Assembly (NCBI RefSeq): GCF_000143415.4
Contig: NW_003314267.1
Span: forward strand, 765,394-829,393
Length of the DNA: 64,000 bases
Direction: 5' to 3'
Source: Selaginella moellendorffii
Lineage: Eukaryota > Plantae > Lycopodiophyta
This document shows positions 49,801-60,935 of the stretch, piece by piece. The notes under the pieces were generated by a model. That model was not told the origin of the DNA, ran no database searches, and worked only from the letters and a program-made list of their open reading frames with translations. Every line of letters begins with the position of its first letter. The stretch's first letter is position 1. The position numbers and the translations under genes are program-made.

Positions 49801-50789
49801 GGCAAGGAGTTGGAACTCTGCAGCATAGATCGAGGCAGGACAAGACCCCTGAGAGAGACGTCTCATCTTTGTGGTAGCAGCCCAAACCCGATCCGTCTTG
49901 CCAAAACATGCTTCGAGCTTCTCTTTGAACAATTGAAGATCCATCAGCTCCGGAACCACGACCCCTTTCATGCTCTTCTCCAGAAGAGGAGAAAACCATG
50001 ACAAAGCTGCACCCTTGAGCAACGTCCCAATCGCGCTGATTTGAGACTCGGGAGTGGGGTACCGCCGATGTTGAAGTGCAAAGATCAGCTCCATTTGGTT
50101 CAAAAATCCACGAAGCTCCGAACGCTTGCCTGAAAACTTCACCGGGAAACTCACCTTCGGTTCAGGAACTTTGTTGGATCCTTGAGCCGAAAGTGAAGCA
50201 AGCTCCTTACTGCATGCAAAGAAGGGTCGCCTTCAGCTCGGTATTCTCAGACTGGATTTTTGCAAGGACTTCGGCAAAGAAATCAAAATGGCTTGGAGAC
50301 TCCATTGGCAAGAAGAAAGAAAAGAAAGGGGGAAAAAGACAAAGGCAATCAAATAATCAAAGCGAGCTAAAAGAAAAGCAAAAACCACAATCTAAATCAA
50401 ATTGTCAAGACCCCCAACAAGATCAAGACTGGAAAATGCTAAAGACAAAGAGAAAAAGCTAGTGAAAACAAAGAAGAGGCCTTAGACTGGTGTTGATTCA
50501 GATTGTGGAGAAATGGAACAAGGCTAACCTATATATACTATAGGTTGATGAAGCTCCACCACTCTTGGATCGAAGACGGCCTAAATATAGCTGAGGTCGA
50601 GGAGGTGCCACATCAATATCAGGAATGTGGCTCGAGACTCAGGAATCGGGAAGTGTTTTGAGAGTCAGGAATAGGGAAGTGTCTCGAGAGTCAGGAATAG
50701 GGAAGTGTCTCGAGAATCAGGAATGTGGTCTGCAGGTCAGGAATCTGACGAGAGTCAGGAATGTGGCAAGGATTGGGGGATTCCTGACA
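46805..50789 (-). mobile_element. Nested Ty3/gypsy chromovirus (Tf1/Tcn1-like), internally deleted
   Basis: 387-bp LTRs 46805-47191 and 50403-50789, TSD GTTTG, PPT (CTTGAGGAGGGGGTGC on minus) next to the left LTR. Encodes Gag, RNase H, integrase and a chromodomain. Confidence 0.95.
47290..50305 (-). pseudogene. gag-(delta PR/RT)-RNase H-integrase-chromodomain polyprotein
   Basis: CCHC knuckle CLYCADPNHKAVVC runs directly into FIDHYS...LTRKD, EADASDFAIGAVL, HHCC, ISMDF...SDRG...GQSE. Frameshift near 50209, in-frame stops at 47689 and inside EYEVQDILDS...YLVD*KGYG...TWEP. Confidence 0.9.
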
Positions 50790-52377
50790 GTTTGGGCACA
50801 CTGCCAAGCGAGGGATGCCTCGGAGTCGTGATGCACGGTTAGATTGTTTAGAGTGAAAGCTCGGCATATTTAACTTGAACACTTTGGTGCAAAAGGGCAC
50901 CAAAGACATGGTGAATGAGGTGAGGACACCCAAGTCTCAGTTGCTATAGATCCTTGGCCGAAAGGGCTGGCTTGGGCACACCGCCAAATGTGGGAGATGC
51001 CCCCGGGGTCATAGTCAACAATTTAAAAGGGTCTGGAAGACTTAGTTCCTATTGGTAGACCTGTTAAGGGGTCAAGATGAGATCACCAGGTGATCTTGTG
51101 GCTAAAGTCTTTTTTTGGGTTAAGGAATATGATTCCCCGTTCAAAGTGTTGATTTGAACTACTGATAATGGTGTGGCTTGGTCGAGGTGACCAAGTGGGA
51201 AGGACACCTAAAGGGAAATCAATTGTGCCAATACGATGGTATAGTAGGTCTAAGAAAGTAGTCTCGAGGAGAGACCCATGAGAGGGTCACAATGTTGGGC
51301 CATGGAAGGGGCCTATAGCAAAAGTTGCTAAAGAGACCTACTAGGGGTGAGCACCCTCTGGACTTGGCGAAGTGGAGTTTTGCCATGGAACCAAAAGAAT
51401 ACCTCAAGGAGGGAGGTAGTGATCCTATGTTGCTTGATGTAACAATCAATGGATAGGAGCAAAAGACTAATGGCCAAGTTTAGGCCATGGAATTTAATGG
51501 GAGGAATCCAAATGGCAAGGTTAGCTAAGGAACACTTATGTGTTTGATGCTAACGGATTGCGGGAAAGGAAGTGGACTTCCAAGGATAGATTCCCAAGTG
51601 CTCCAATTTGGCAAGTAAAAGCTCCAAGTGAGGAGTGGCAAAGTAGCCAAAGGATAGGGTCGTGGACAGCCCAGGCACAAATGATGATAATTGGAACGTA
51701 GTGCCAAGGGTGGCACAAAATAGAAAAGAGGATGATGGTGCCCTCAAGTAAAGAACTTCCTAGGATAAGGAAGTGGAGTTGCACTATGTGCAACGTAAGG
51801 TGTCGGAGACACCTAGGAAATTGACTGTGAAAAGTCAAAATTAAAAGTTCCAAGTGCAAAGGTTATGTCCATGGAATCTGAGAAGAATAAGTAGTGGAAT
51901 TGAGTTAGAGAAGGTGTCTCTAACCAGTTTAGCGGGAACTGAACCAATAAAAGGGAGCAAACCACCCTAGGTGGTCAAGTGAGTCTCTAGGTTGGAGAGA
52001 CTATACTCCTTAGAGGATGAACAAGGCAAAGTGAGCCTTCGGGGTCAAACCATAGAAAAATATTGGTTGGGTGCCAAGGATGGAAATGGTAATACTTGCG
52101 GGTGTTAGTTTATAAAAGGGTTTACCGTTCGATGAGGACATCAAAATTCGTCTATGGGTGGTGGAGTTGTGAGACACAAAATCCCTAAGCCCCAAAGTGG
52201 AGCCGGAAGGGCGCCACATGGTAGTGGCCGAAGCAAAAGCCAAACGAGCGTAACACGTTTGGACTAAAAGCTCCGACTTGAAAGGTCGAGAGCGGGAGTG
52301 GAACTCCCAACAAAATGCTTGAGGAACAAGCACGAAGCGAGCAATAAGTGAGGCTCCAAAAAGGGACCCAAAAGGAC

Positions 52378-52800
52378 CGAGATGGAGTCCGAGATAGAGT
52401 CCAAGGTGGAGTCCGAAATGGAGTCCGAGATGGACTTGAGATGGAGACCGAGATGGACCGAGATGGAGTCCGAGATGGAGTCCGAGGTGGAGTCCGAGAT
52501 GGAGTCCAAGATGGACCCGAGATGGAGTCCGAGATGGACCGAGACGGAGTCCGAGATGGAGTCTGAGATGGACCTGAGATGGAATCCAAGATGGAGTCCG
52601 AGAAGGACCTGAGATGGAGTCCGAGAAGGACTTGAGATGGAGTCTGAGGTCGAGACCAAGACCGGGACCAAGACCGAGACCGAGACCGGGACCGGGATCG
52701 AGACCGAGACTAAGGCCAAGGCCGAGACCAAGCCCGAGCCCGAGTCCGAGTCCGAGTCCAAGTCTGAGTCCGAGTCCGAGTTCGAGTTCGAGCCTGAGAG
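52378..52800 (+). repeat. Hexamer minisatellite within the 3' LTR
   Basis: Same array as 44450-44840 with unit-number differences. Confidence 0.9.
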
Positions 52801-53998
52801 GGTGAAAGCCCAAAGCGTTCGTCTCCCAGACCCTAGGGGGTTTAGTGAGCTCCAAAAGTATAGTAAGGGGGAGGACTGTAGTGGAGCCAGTTTGGCCCAG
52901 GAAGGCCAGACCTAGTGTTGGGTGATGAACTAACCACTGGGAAGTCCAAGACTAGAGTGAATACGAACCGACAAGCGGGGTAGCTTGGTGAAGTGTTCAA
53001 GAGCCGGCTCTAGTTCCCCCGGGAGATCGATTGGCCGATGCTCCCAATCCAAGTGTGGGTGGCACTACCTACTTGGATACCAGGTGTGGCTCAACGGAAC
53101 CTCGCTCTAAGCACATGGCTAAAGCACCTAAAGGCGGAAGGTGGGGAGAGTACCCACGGGGCTCGCATAGGGCCACGGTGTTCCGAAATGTTGTCCTGAA
53201 GTCCCAAATGGGGGAAAGGAGGAGGAGCAGTCCTCTAGTGTAGTGATTACGGATACGGTCACATGGTGAGGAAGTCCTAGAGGACAATGGGACTTAGTGG
53301 CTGGGCCTGTGGGCCTTGATCTGGTAGTAGTGCTGGTGAACATGGCCATGGACGGAAAAGGGACTTGGCAGGAACTAACAAAGGGATATTGGGGATGGCT
53401 ATTCCCCATGTTTGTGGGCATCCTAAGGATGCTAAGGAGTGGATCTAGGAAGACCACTTGTGGATGGATGGCCCAGTCTTGGAGAGACGGGATTGTGATA
53501 CAAGTGGTATTGGACCACTAGTGCGGCAAAGGTGAATGGGCATGGCTTTAGCGTAACGGGCCGATATGTCTGTGGTACCTTTGGGTGTCGGTCTTGGGAC
53601 TAGACACGTGGAGCACTTGGACTAAGTGCAGGGGATGAGTGGCATGGATGCCATTCTCGGGACTAGCAAGTCCCAAGTCCTAAATTGGACTTAAGGAGGT
53701 TGTGAATGAGACTCTTCCAAGTGGACAAAGGTGTAGTTAAGTGACTAAAGTAAAATGGAAAAATTAGTCACTTACAAAGTTCTCTTGCCAAGGTTCCCAC
53801 CTATCGTACCAGCTCCTACTTAGTCCTATTTAATTTCAGCAACTCACTACACAAGCAATGGAGTGTTAGCTATCCATTCACGAATTCTCAAATCTCTCCC
53901 AATCCCCCTCCCTAGGTTAGATTGGACTTAAGGTTCAGCTATACTCCCCATAGGCACGAGAAACTAAGCACACCAAGCCTCCAGGTTCCTAACATCCC

Positions 53999-54055
53999 TT
54001 GGTACAACAAGACTTAATCATAAGACCCATCTATGATTAAGTCTTGTTGTACCAA
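53999..54055. repeat. Perfect 24-bp inverted repeat with 9-nt loop
   Basis: TTGGTACAACAAGACTTAATCATA-agacccatc-TATGATTAAGTCTTGTTGTACCAA. Confidence 0.95.
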
Positions 54056-56912
54056 AGGCCTGGATTGAGTGGCAATTAATCCTAACTATCATGTTTACAT
54101 TCCTCCAATGCCGGACAATCATCCAATATTTGCCACACTTGCAAACCAAATCCTCACCACCAGGGTGGAGCGAGCTTTGGTCAATGTACACTCCATGTTG
54201 GTGGTGTTGTTGAACACCTTTTGCAACTTGTTGATCTTTCTGGCCAGGATATGCTTCTTCTAGATGGCCATTCTTGATGAAAAGCTCAATCACTATTGTC
54301 ATGAGTTTGGTGTTTGCTATGCTTTCAAAATGTTGATGTGTGAGTAAAGGTAAGGTAATGGTTATCCTTCCTTTGTGCCCATCCTTGGGAAAGGGGAACT
54401 TTTTTCTCTATTTCATTGCCAAGGAGGAGAGATCTAGTAGCTTTGGCAAGATTCATCCTTGGGAGAAGATATAGCAAAAGATGTGGAGCACTTTTTCTCT
54501 TTCGCTCTAGGTTTGGAGAAAGCTATAGATTTGAACATACTACTATTGCAGCTTTGGCTCATACACTTCTAGCATTGCCTGTGCCTTTCTTTCCCTTACA
54601 GTGTTGCGGGCAATCCAAGGAATGCACAACATCCATATTGCAATTCATGGTGGCTATCTTGAACAAAGAGCAAGACAACAACAATCTGCAGTGATCCCAT
54701 GCTTATGTGGCCATTAAAATTAAATTTATGGCATAGATTAGTATTGCTACTTCTAATCAAGGTGCAATGGCTCTAGTAACTAATCTTTTAAAATATTCTT
54801 AAGCATAGTTTACTTTTCTTATACTTTTGAAGTAGCTCAGATTTGGTTGGGTGATTTGGTCAAAGTATGCAAAACCCTAATCTAAATGAATAACATAAGA
54901 ATATTTTAAAATATTCAAGTATATTCTAGATAGGCTTCAAGGAAGCACTGGAAAAATCAATCACTTCAAAAGTAGGAATAAATTAATTTTAAATAAACAA
55001 CACTTCTAAAAACTAATCAGGTTAAAGCAAGAAAATAAAATCAATCTTAAATAAAAGTTTTATAGTTGACCATGTCATAATGATATCTTGTCCTTATCCT
55101 TTATTTTCCCTCTTGATCTAAAAAACTTATCAAAGCCATATTTCTAAGTCAGTTTCTTAACCCTATCCGTGCAAGCATATGCATCTGGATAAATTGTAAA
55201 GTGACCACCCTAGGAGAGGCAAAATTGACAAGAACTTAGACTTCTATCATGGCTCTGTAGAAATGACTTAGCAACACATTTATAAAAAAGAAAGAAGAAA
55301 TACATTGAGCAGTGAGGAATAGAGCGATGATCTTACTTCTCATTGTCCGCAAATGCACATCTGTCCATGACATGTGTCCATGCAGCATTGTCTTAGGCCA
55401 GTTTTGTCTCACACGATTGATTACCTGCGCTCTTGGATGATCTGTTGCTCTTGGTAATAGATTGCTGATGAGATTCGTGGCATCCTTTAGAACAGGTACA
55501 AAGAAAAGTTTCAAACCTCAAAGGCTGAGGAAGAGCCACAAGCAAGAGGCTTGTGCTCCAGAGTGATAGCACCGCTTTCTTCCATAATTTTTCCATAAGC
55601 TTCTTTATGAGGGCTCCTGGATCCCTCTGAAAAACCCTGGCAAGCAGTGATTTGTTAATATTTTGGTGCTTACCTCCTGTGAAGACCTAGTGCCGTGGCA
55701 ACACACCCGGGCTGGAGCAGTGGCAAGCATAGCTCTAACATTGCGAATCCACGCTCCATCCCAGATGTTCATGATTTCCTGTGGTAATCAACCTGCATTC
55801 CCCAGATTATCGGCCCAAAGCTGTGAAAGCGCCAAGCATTGACTGATCCAGACAAAGCCATGGCACCTGGCGCTGAAAGGCGTCTGCCGTAAACCTTCAA
55901 CTCTCCCGCTTCATTTGAGCCGGAGATTATTCCCGAGCATATTATATACGTGATAAATCGTGATAAAGAAATCATGATGCTAGGGAAAGAGAATGCAGAG
56001 GGCCAGGGCTTTCCATTCAATTTGGGTGCTGGATTCCAAAGCCCGTGAATACATTACCGTTCTACAAGAAGGTCAGGTTTGACGCACCTCACATTTACTC
56101 ATTTGGACGCTAAAGCTATTTTATCTGGTTTTAGGGCATCTTTTCTTTGTTTTTTTAATTTTCTAGGAGGCAATCGATCAATCCATCGACGCAGCTGTGG
56201 ATCGTGGGACGCGCCAGTCGCTTCCGTGACCGCGAATGCAGAGACCGCGCGGCCAGATCTGCGCGGCCACCGGTGAGTCTTTCATCCAAATCGCCCAGGG
56301 CGAGGGTTTGGGGACGCGAATTCGGGCATGCGGCAGTGAGTCCCTGAAACCGCTCGCCTTTGGGTGCTCTCCAGCTCCAGATCTGGCTGCTCGCGCCGGG
56401 ACGAGGCGATGATGCTGCTCCTCTGCTCCACATCCCAGCAAGGCGTGGCGTCTCTCTTCTCCGCGTCATAGCCACAAAACAATGCGTCTTCCTCTCTACA
56501 GCACGGTAAGCGCGTAGCTAGATCGAGCTCGAGAGTTGTTCTTGCGAGAGATGAGAGAAAAGATTGCCAGATGAGAAAGGAGAGCTAGATCGGAGAGAAA
56601 GACGGTAGCTTCACAACCAGGGAGATAGAAGTGATCCAGGAGATAGACATGTAGATTGCGAGAGAGAGAAAAGAGAGGCTTAGAGTTTTTGGTGAGGTGT
56701 GAGAAAGAGACAAGAAGTAGAGGTTTTTGTGATGAAGTGTAGATTGCGAGAAGAGAGGCATAGAGATTTTTGCGATGTATTTCTCTTACACTTTGCTTCG
56801 TGCTCCAAAACAGGGAGAGACACAGGGTCCAGGGAATTGCACTTACTGCAACCTCCTCCTCAAGCAGCAAAGTCCCGGGCGAGCCAGCCGCTTCTTCAAG
56901 GCCGCCGCCGCC

Positions 56913-58283
56913 ATGCCTCCCTCGGCCGTGCACGACTGCTCCTTCCCTTCCACGCCAGGCAAAGTGAAGATGGAGAGGAGCAACTACTTCGGCAGAGTTG
57001 CAAGCCGGTGGCAGTCGTTCGGCCCGGGGAAGATCGTCTTCTGGTGCGTCGCGCTGCTAGCTTTGCTCGTGGTGGCGGTCTTCTTCTACGCGACGTCCCC
57101 CGGCGTCCACAACAGCTTCGAGCAGAGCTTGAGCTTGCGGGAGGCGAAGAACGACGTGGTGAGCTGGGGGGGATCCGTGTGGGAGAAGCACGTCCGCCAC
57201 TCGGCGCACGCCAAGCGAGAGAACGGCCTGGTCGTGCTCGTCACCGGCGCCGCCGGATTTGTTGGGACTCACGTCTCCCTGGCTCTCAAGAAGCGGGGTG
57301 ACGGAGTGATTGGCCTGGACAACTTCAACAGCTACTACGATCCGTTCCTCAAGCGCGCGCGGCAGGGGCTCCTGGAGAAGCAGGGGGTGTTCGTCGTCGA
57401 GGGCGACATCAACAACATCGCGCTGCTGCGCAAGCTCTTCGACGTGATCACTTTCACGCACGTCATGCACCTGGCGGCGCAGGCCGGGGTGAGATACGCG
57501 ATGGAGAACCCGGGCTCTTACGTCCACAGCAACATCGCCGGCTTCGTCAACCTCCTGGAGGCTTGCAAGGAGGCGAGCCCGCAACCGGCGATCGTCTGGG
57601 CCTCGTCCAGCTCCGTCTACGGCCTCAACTCCAAGGTCCCCTTCTCGGAGATCGATCGAACCGACCAGCCGGCGAGCTTGTACGCGGCGACCAAGAAGGC
57701 CGGCGAGGAGATCGCTCACACTTACAACCACATCTACGGACTCTCCATCACGGGCTTGCGGTTCTTCACGGTCTACGGGCCTTGGGGGCGGCCGGACATG
57801 GCTTACTTCTTCTTCACCAAGGCGATCCTGCAAGGGAAGCCAGTGAACATCTACCAGGGGCCGAACCAAGTGGATCTAGCTCGCGACTTCACTTACATCG
57901 ACGATATCGTGAAGGGCTGCTTTGGAGCGCTGGACACGGCGACTCCGAGCACAGGGACTGGGGGGAAGAAGCGGGGACCGGCGCAGCTCCGGGTGTACAA
58001 CCTCGGGAACACTTCGCCCGTGACGGTGCCGACCTTGGTGGCGATTCTGGAGAAGCATCTCAAGGTGAAGGCCAAGAGGAATGTGGTGAGGATGCCGCGC
58101 AACGGGGACGTGCCTTTCACCCACGCAAACGTGACGCTGGCGAGGGTGGAGCTGGGCTACAATCCCACCACGGATTTGCAAACGGGGCTCAAGAAGTTTG
58201 TCAAGTGGTACCAGCTCTACTATGGTGGAGGATCATCTTCTTCGTCTTCTTCTTCTTCGAGCAAGAGGAGGCTCCGGCCTTGA
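56913..58283 (+). CDS. GAE: UDP-D-glucuronate 4-epimerase (intronless, type II membrane)
   Basis: PSTPGKVKMER N-terminus, TM helix, VLVTGAAGFVG, HLAAQAGVRYA, YAATKK, RFFTVYGPWGRPDMA. Confidence 0.96.
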   Translation: MPPSAVHDCSFPSTPGKVKMERSNYFGRVASRWQSFGPGKIVFWCVALLALLVVAVFFYATSPGVHNSFEQSLSLREAKNDVVSWGGSVWEKHVRHSAHAKRENGLVVLVTGAAGFVGTHVSLALKKRGDGVIGLDNFNSYYDPFLKRARQGLLEKQGVFVVEGDINNIALLRKLFDVITFTHVMHLAAQAGVRYAMENPGSYVHSNIAGFVNLLEACKEASPQPAIVWASSSSVYGLNSKVPFSEIDRTDQPASLYAATKKAGEEIAHTYNHIYGLSITGLRFFTVYGPWGRPDMAYFFFTKAILQGKPVNIYQGPNQVDLARDFTYIDDIVKGCFGALDTATPSTGTGGKKRGPAQLRVYNLGNTSPVTVPTLVAILEKHLKVKAKRNVVRMPRNGDVPFTHANVTLARVELGYNPTTDLQTGLKKFVKWYQLYYGGGSSSSSSSSSSKRRLRP

Positions 58284-58333
58284 TATATAGAATGGTTTGG
58301 CTTTTTTCCTTTGCTCGTGCTGGGAAAATAATT

Positions 58334-58368
58334 TGCTTGCTTGCTTGATTGATTGATTGATTGATTGA
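58334..58368 (+). repeat. Compound microsatellite (TGCT)n(TGAT)n in the GAE 3' region
   Basis: Seen directly. Confidence 0.85.
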
Positions 58369-58666
58369 CCACCTCCCTCTCGAGAGAGCGAGCAAGAGAG
58401 AATTCTTTGCTTTTTGCTTTTTGCTTCTTTCGACGGTGATTTGGTGAGCAGTTTTTTTGGATCGAAAGGTTGTAACAATGTAGCTTCGAATGAAAAATGA
58501 TAGTACGGAATGAGTTGAGCACCCAAGTACGGAGAGGTCATTCTGAGAGCATATACCGTGGCTGATTATTCCAGAAGAATATACTATTAGGGCAAGAGAT
58601 TATTCCAAAGAATATGCACACGAATCAAAATACCACCAAAAAATCGATCAATCGGGATTGGATCGA

Positions 58667-60586
58667 TCAACACCTCCAGGTGGAAGCCGCGACGATGGGC
58701 TTGCCCTTCCAGCCAAGAACAATGCAGCCCTTCTCCTCCACCAGCGTGTAGCCCTCGGATGGATAGTACATGCCCAGCCACGTCTTGACCTCGCCCAAGA
58801 ACTTGAGTGGCTTGGGCTGGAACCCCGCGCGGCTCATCCTCCGCCGCCACTGGTCCGCCCGCTCGTGGCGCTCCACCCGGTCCGGCCCCTCGCACGCCAC
58901 GATGTTCTTGATCTCCTCCGCGTAGTGGTACTGCTCGATCTTGAGCCGCTCCTCGCTGTCGCTGGGCAGGATCGCGTCCACCGCGTCGAAGATCGCCGAG
59001 TAGTAGTGGAGCGCCTCGATGAATCGCCCCAGAAAGAAGGGGCCGTTGTGGCAGGCGTCCTGCTCCACCAGCGTCAGGATCTTGGGGCTCAGCTCGTGGA
59101 TGGATTGCAGCACCGACTTGAGCGATCGCCGGCTCTCCTTGACGACGCAGTGGAGCTGGAACGCGCTGTTGATCGCCATGGCCTCGCCGTCGCGGACGTC
59201 GAGCATCCCCCGCTGGAGGCTCTCCACAGCTTGGGTCACGGCCCGGAACTCGAATTGGAGCTCCAGGCTCTCGGCCAGGCGCGAGAGCTCCTCGCCCGCC
59301 AGGAAGAGCTTGTCGCTGCGATCGCAGCTCACGCCCGTGATCCGGATCGACTCGGGCGGCCCGCCGGGGCGCGATGCCAGCCCCTGGAGCAGCGCCGGCC
59401 ACTGCAGCGCACTGCTCATCCCGAGATCCACGATGTGGACCCTCGATTCTCCCTCGAAGGCGTCGAGGATGGCGGCGTTGGCGGCGAAGTGGCCGAAGGA
59501 GAAGTAGGGGCAGAACTCGTAGACGAGGTTGAATCCCTCGTCGCGCAACGCCTCGGGGATCTGGCTGCGTCGTGCCGCCGGCGGTGCCACTGCTGGCTTG
59601 TAGGCGGCGCCGCTGAGGCTGATGCTCTGGAGCCCCGCCAGCCGCGCGGTAAGGCCCTCGACGAAGCACGACGTGACGCGCTGCATGGAGTCGCCGCGCG
59701 GCGATGCCATTTGCTGGAGCTGGCTGAGAAGGGTGGCGGCTTGGTTGACGTCGCGGCACGCCACCGCCTCGGCGCAGGCGAGGAGAAGCTGGATCAGCCG
59801 GATTCCCACATTCGCATCGCCCGATTCGTGATGATCTTGAGCCGCTGCCGGCTGTGCTCGCGATCCCTGCTGTTGTTCTTGTTCGAAGAGCGATTGATCT
59901 TGAGCATGGCGTTGTTGCTGCTGTTCTTGCTGTTCTTGCTGCTCTTGCTGGTGCTGTAACCCTCGCCAGAATTCCAGGCCCACCGCGCCGTCGCTCTCCA
60001 GCGCCGATATCGATTCCTTGAGCTCGATCTTGTCCTGCAGCACGTCCTCGCGCTGCACGGGATTGAAGACGTCGTTGCTACACATCATCTCCAAGAACTT
60101 GGTATCGTCGGAGGAGTTGTATGACGATGGAGCCGAGGCGTGTGTCGCGGAGTGGTTCTGCCAATCTTCGTCCAGGCCGATATTTTGCTGCTGCTGGATG
60201 TGATTCTGGCCGGGATCCAAGAGCCGCATCTCGAATTCGTCGTCCGAGGCCGTGGATAGCAACACCTCGGGCTGCCAGATGGAGTAATCCATCCCCGACG
60301 ACGACGACCTGTGGAGCGAGGAGGAGGAACAAGGCTGGAGCGATGCCTCTAGATCACCTGTGAGATCGAGTGGCGCAAACACATCCTCGAATTCCTCGTC
60401 CGAGCCACTGGCAGTACCGCCGTGCTTGAGCTTCTTCTGCCGAAAGATTTGCTGCTGCGATGGCGGAGGCGCCGCCGGGATGAGATGATGCTGAGGCGGC
60501 GAAATGCAGTTCCCAAGATCGAGGACCGATTTTGGCTCCTCGTGATCGTAGCGAGACGAGCGCCTTCTCTTGGCGATCCCGCTCAT
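58667..60586 (-). CDS. RAD1: GRAS transcription factor of the RAD1 (arbuscular mycorrhiza) clade
   Basis: LLLACAEAVACRD, FEGESRVHIVDLGM, LHCVVKESR, HNGPFFLGRF, EEIKNIVACEGP, QWRRRMSRAGF and EEKGCIVLGWK...WRC match recalled RAD1-diagnostic motifs. Confidence 0.85.
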   Translation of the reverse strand: MSGIAKRRRSSRYDHEEPKSVLDLGNCISPPQHHLIPAAPPPSQQQIFRQKKLKHGGTASGSDEEFEDVFAPLDLTGDLEASLQPCSSSSLHRSSSSGMDYSIWQPEVLLSTASDDEFEMRLLDPGQNHIQQQQNIGLDEDWQNHSATHASAPSSYNSSDDTKFLEMMCSNDVFNPVQREDVLQDKIELKESISALESDGAVGLEFWRGLQHQQEQQEQQEQQQQRHAQDQSLFEQEQQQGSRAQPAAAQDHHESGDANVGIRLIQLLLACAEAVACRDVNQAATLLSQLQQMASPRGDSMQRVTSCFVEGLTARLAGLQSISLSGAAYKPAVAPPAARRSQIPEALRDEGFNLVYEFCPYFSFGHFAANAAILDAFEGESRVHIVDLGMSSALQWPALLQGLASRPGGPPESIRITGVSCDRSDKLFLAGEELSRLAESLELQFEFRAVTQAVESLQRGMLDVRDGEAMAINSAFQLHCVVKESRRSLKSVLQSIHELSPKILTLVEQDACHNGPFFLGRFIEALHYYSAIFDAVDAILPSDSEERLKIEQYHYAEEIKNIVACEGPDRVERHERADQWRRRMSRAGFQPKPLKFLGEVKTWLGMYYPSEGYTLVEEKGCIVLGWKGKPIVAASTWRC

Positions 60587-60760
60587 ACCTAGCTCTCGAG
60601 CTCTTCTTCCCAAAATTTAAAAATGCCCCAATTCCTTGGACCCGTTTTAAAACCCCCGCGCAATCCCTGCCGGCCGATCCCTTCGCGCCTTCCACGTGGC
60701 GGGATGACACCCATTCTCCATCCCACGTACGGCTGGCCCATAAAGCGTCTGTACGAGACT

Positions 60761-60935
60761 GGATATTCCGGCATCCCATCGCTACATGTTAAAATATTTC
60801 CAAAGCTCTCGACATCGTCGATGGCAAATTCATATTGCCCATCTATGAGAAAATCTTTTTTGCCAGCTATGAATGACCACATTCTTTAGTTCCTGGAGTG
60901 TGGATGGAACGCAAACTCCAAGCCCCGGGATATTC
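60761..60935. promoter_or_regulatory. Two P1BS sites upstream of the RAD1-like gene
   Basis: GGATATTC at 60761-60768 and 60928-60935. A G-box CACGTG lies at 60693-60698. Confidence 0.7.

Larger units (their letters stand above)
44240..53776 (+). mobile_element. Non-autonomous LTR retrotransposon (LARD-like) with ~1.5-1.6 kb LTRs
   Basis: LTRs 44240-45724 and 52168-53776 (TG...CA), TSD AAGTT on both sides, tRNA-Met PBS TGGTATCAGAG at 45728-45738, purine-rich tract before the 3' LTR. About 2.45 kb of its own internal sequence with no long ORF. Confidence 0.92.

Noticed and set aside
55230-56500. Possible small spliced gene upstream of GAE
   Set aside because: In-frame stops and no family motif.
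57057-59959. Long antisense or alternate-frame ORFs over GAE and the GRAS gene (also over the PPRs)
   Set aside because: Shadow ORFs caused by high GC3 in genuine genes.
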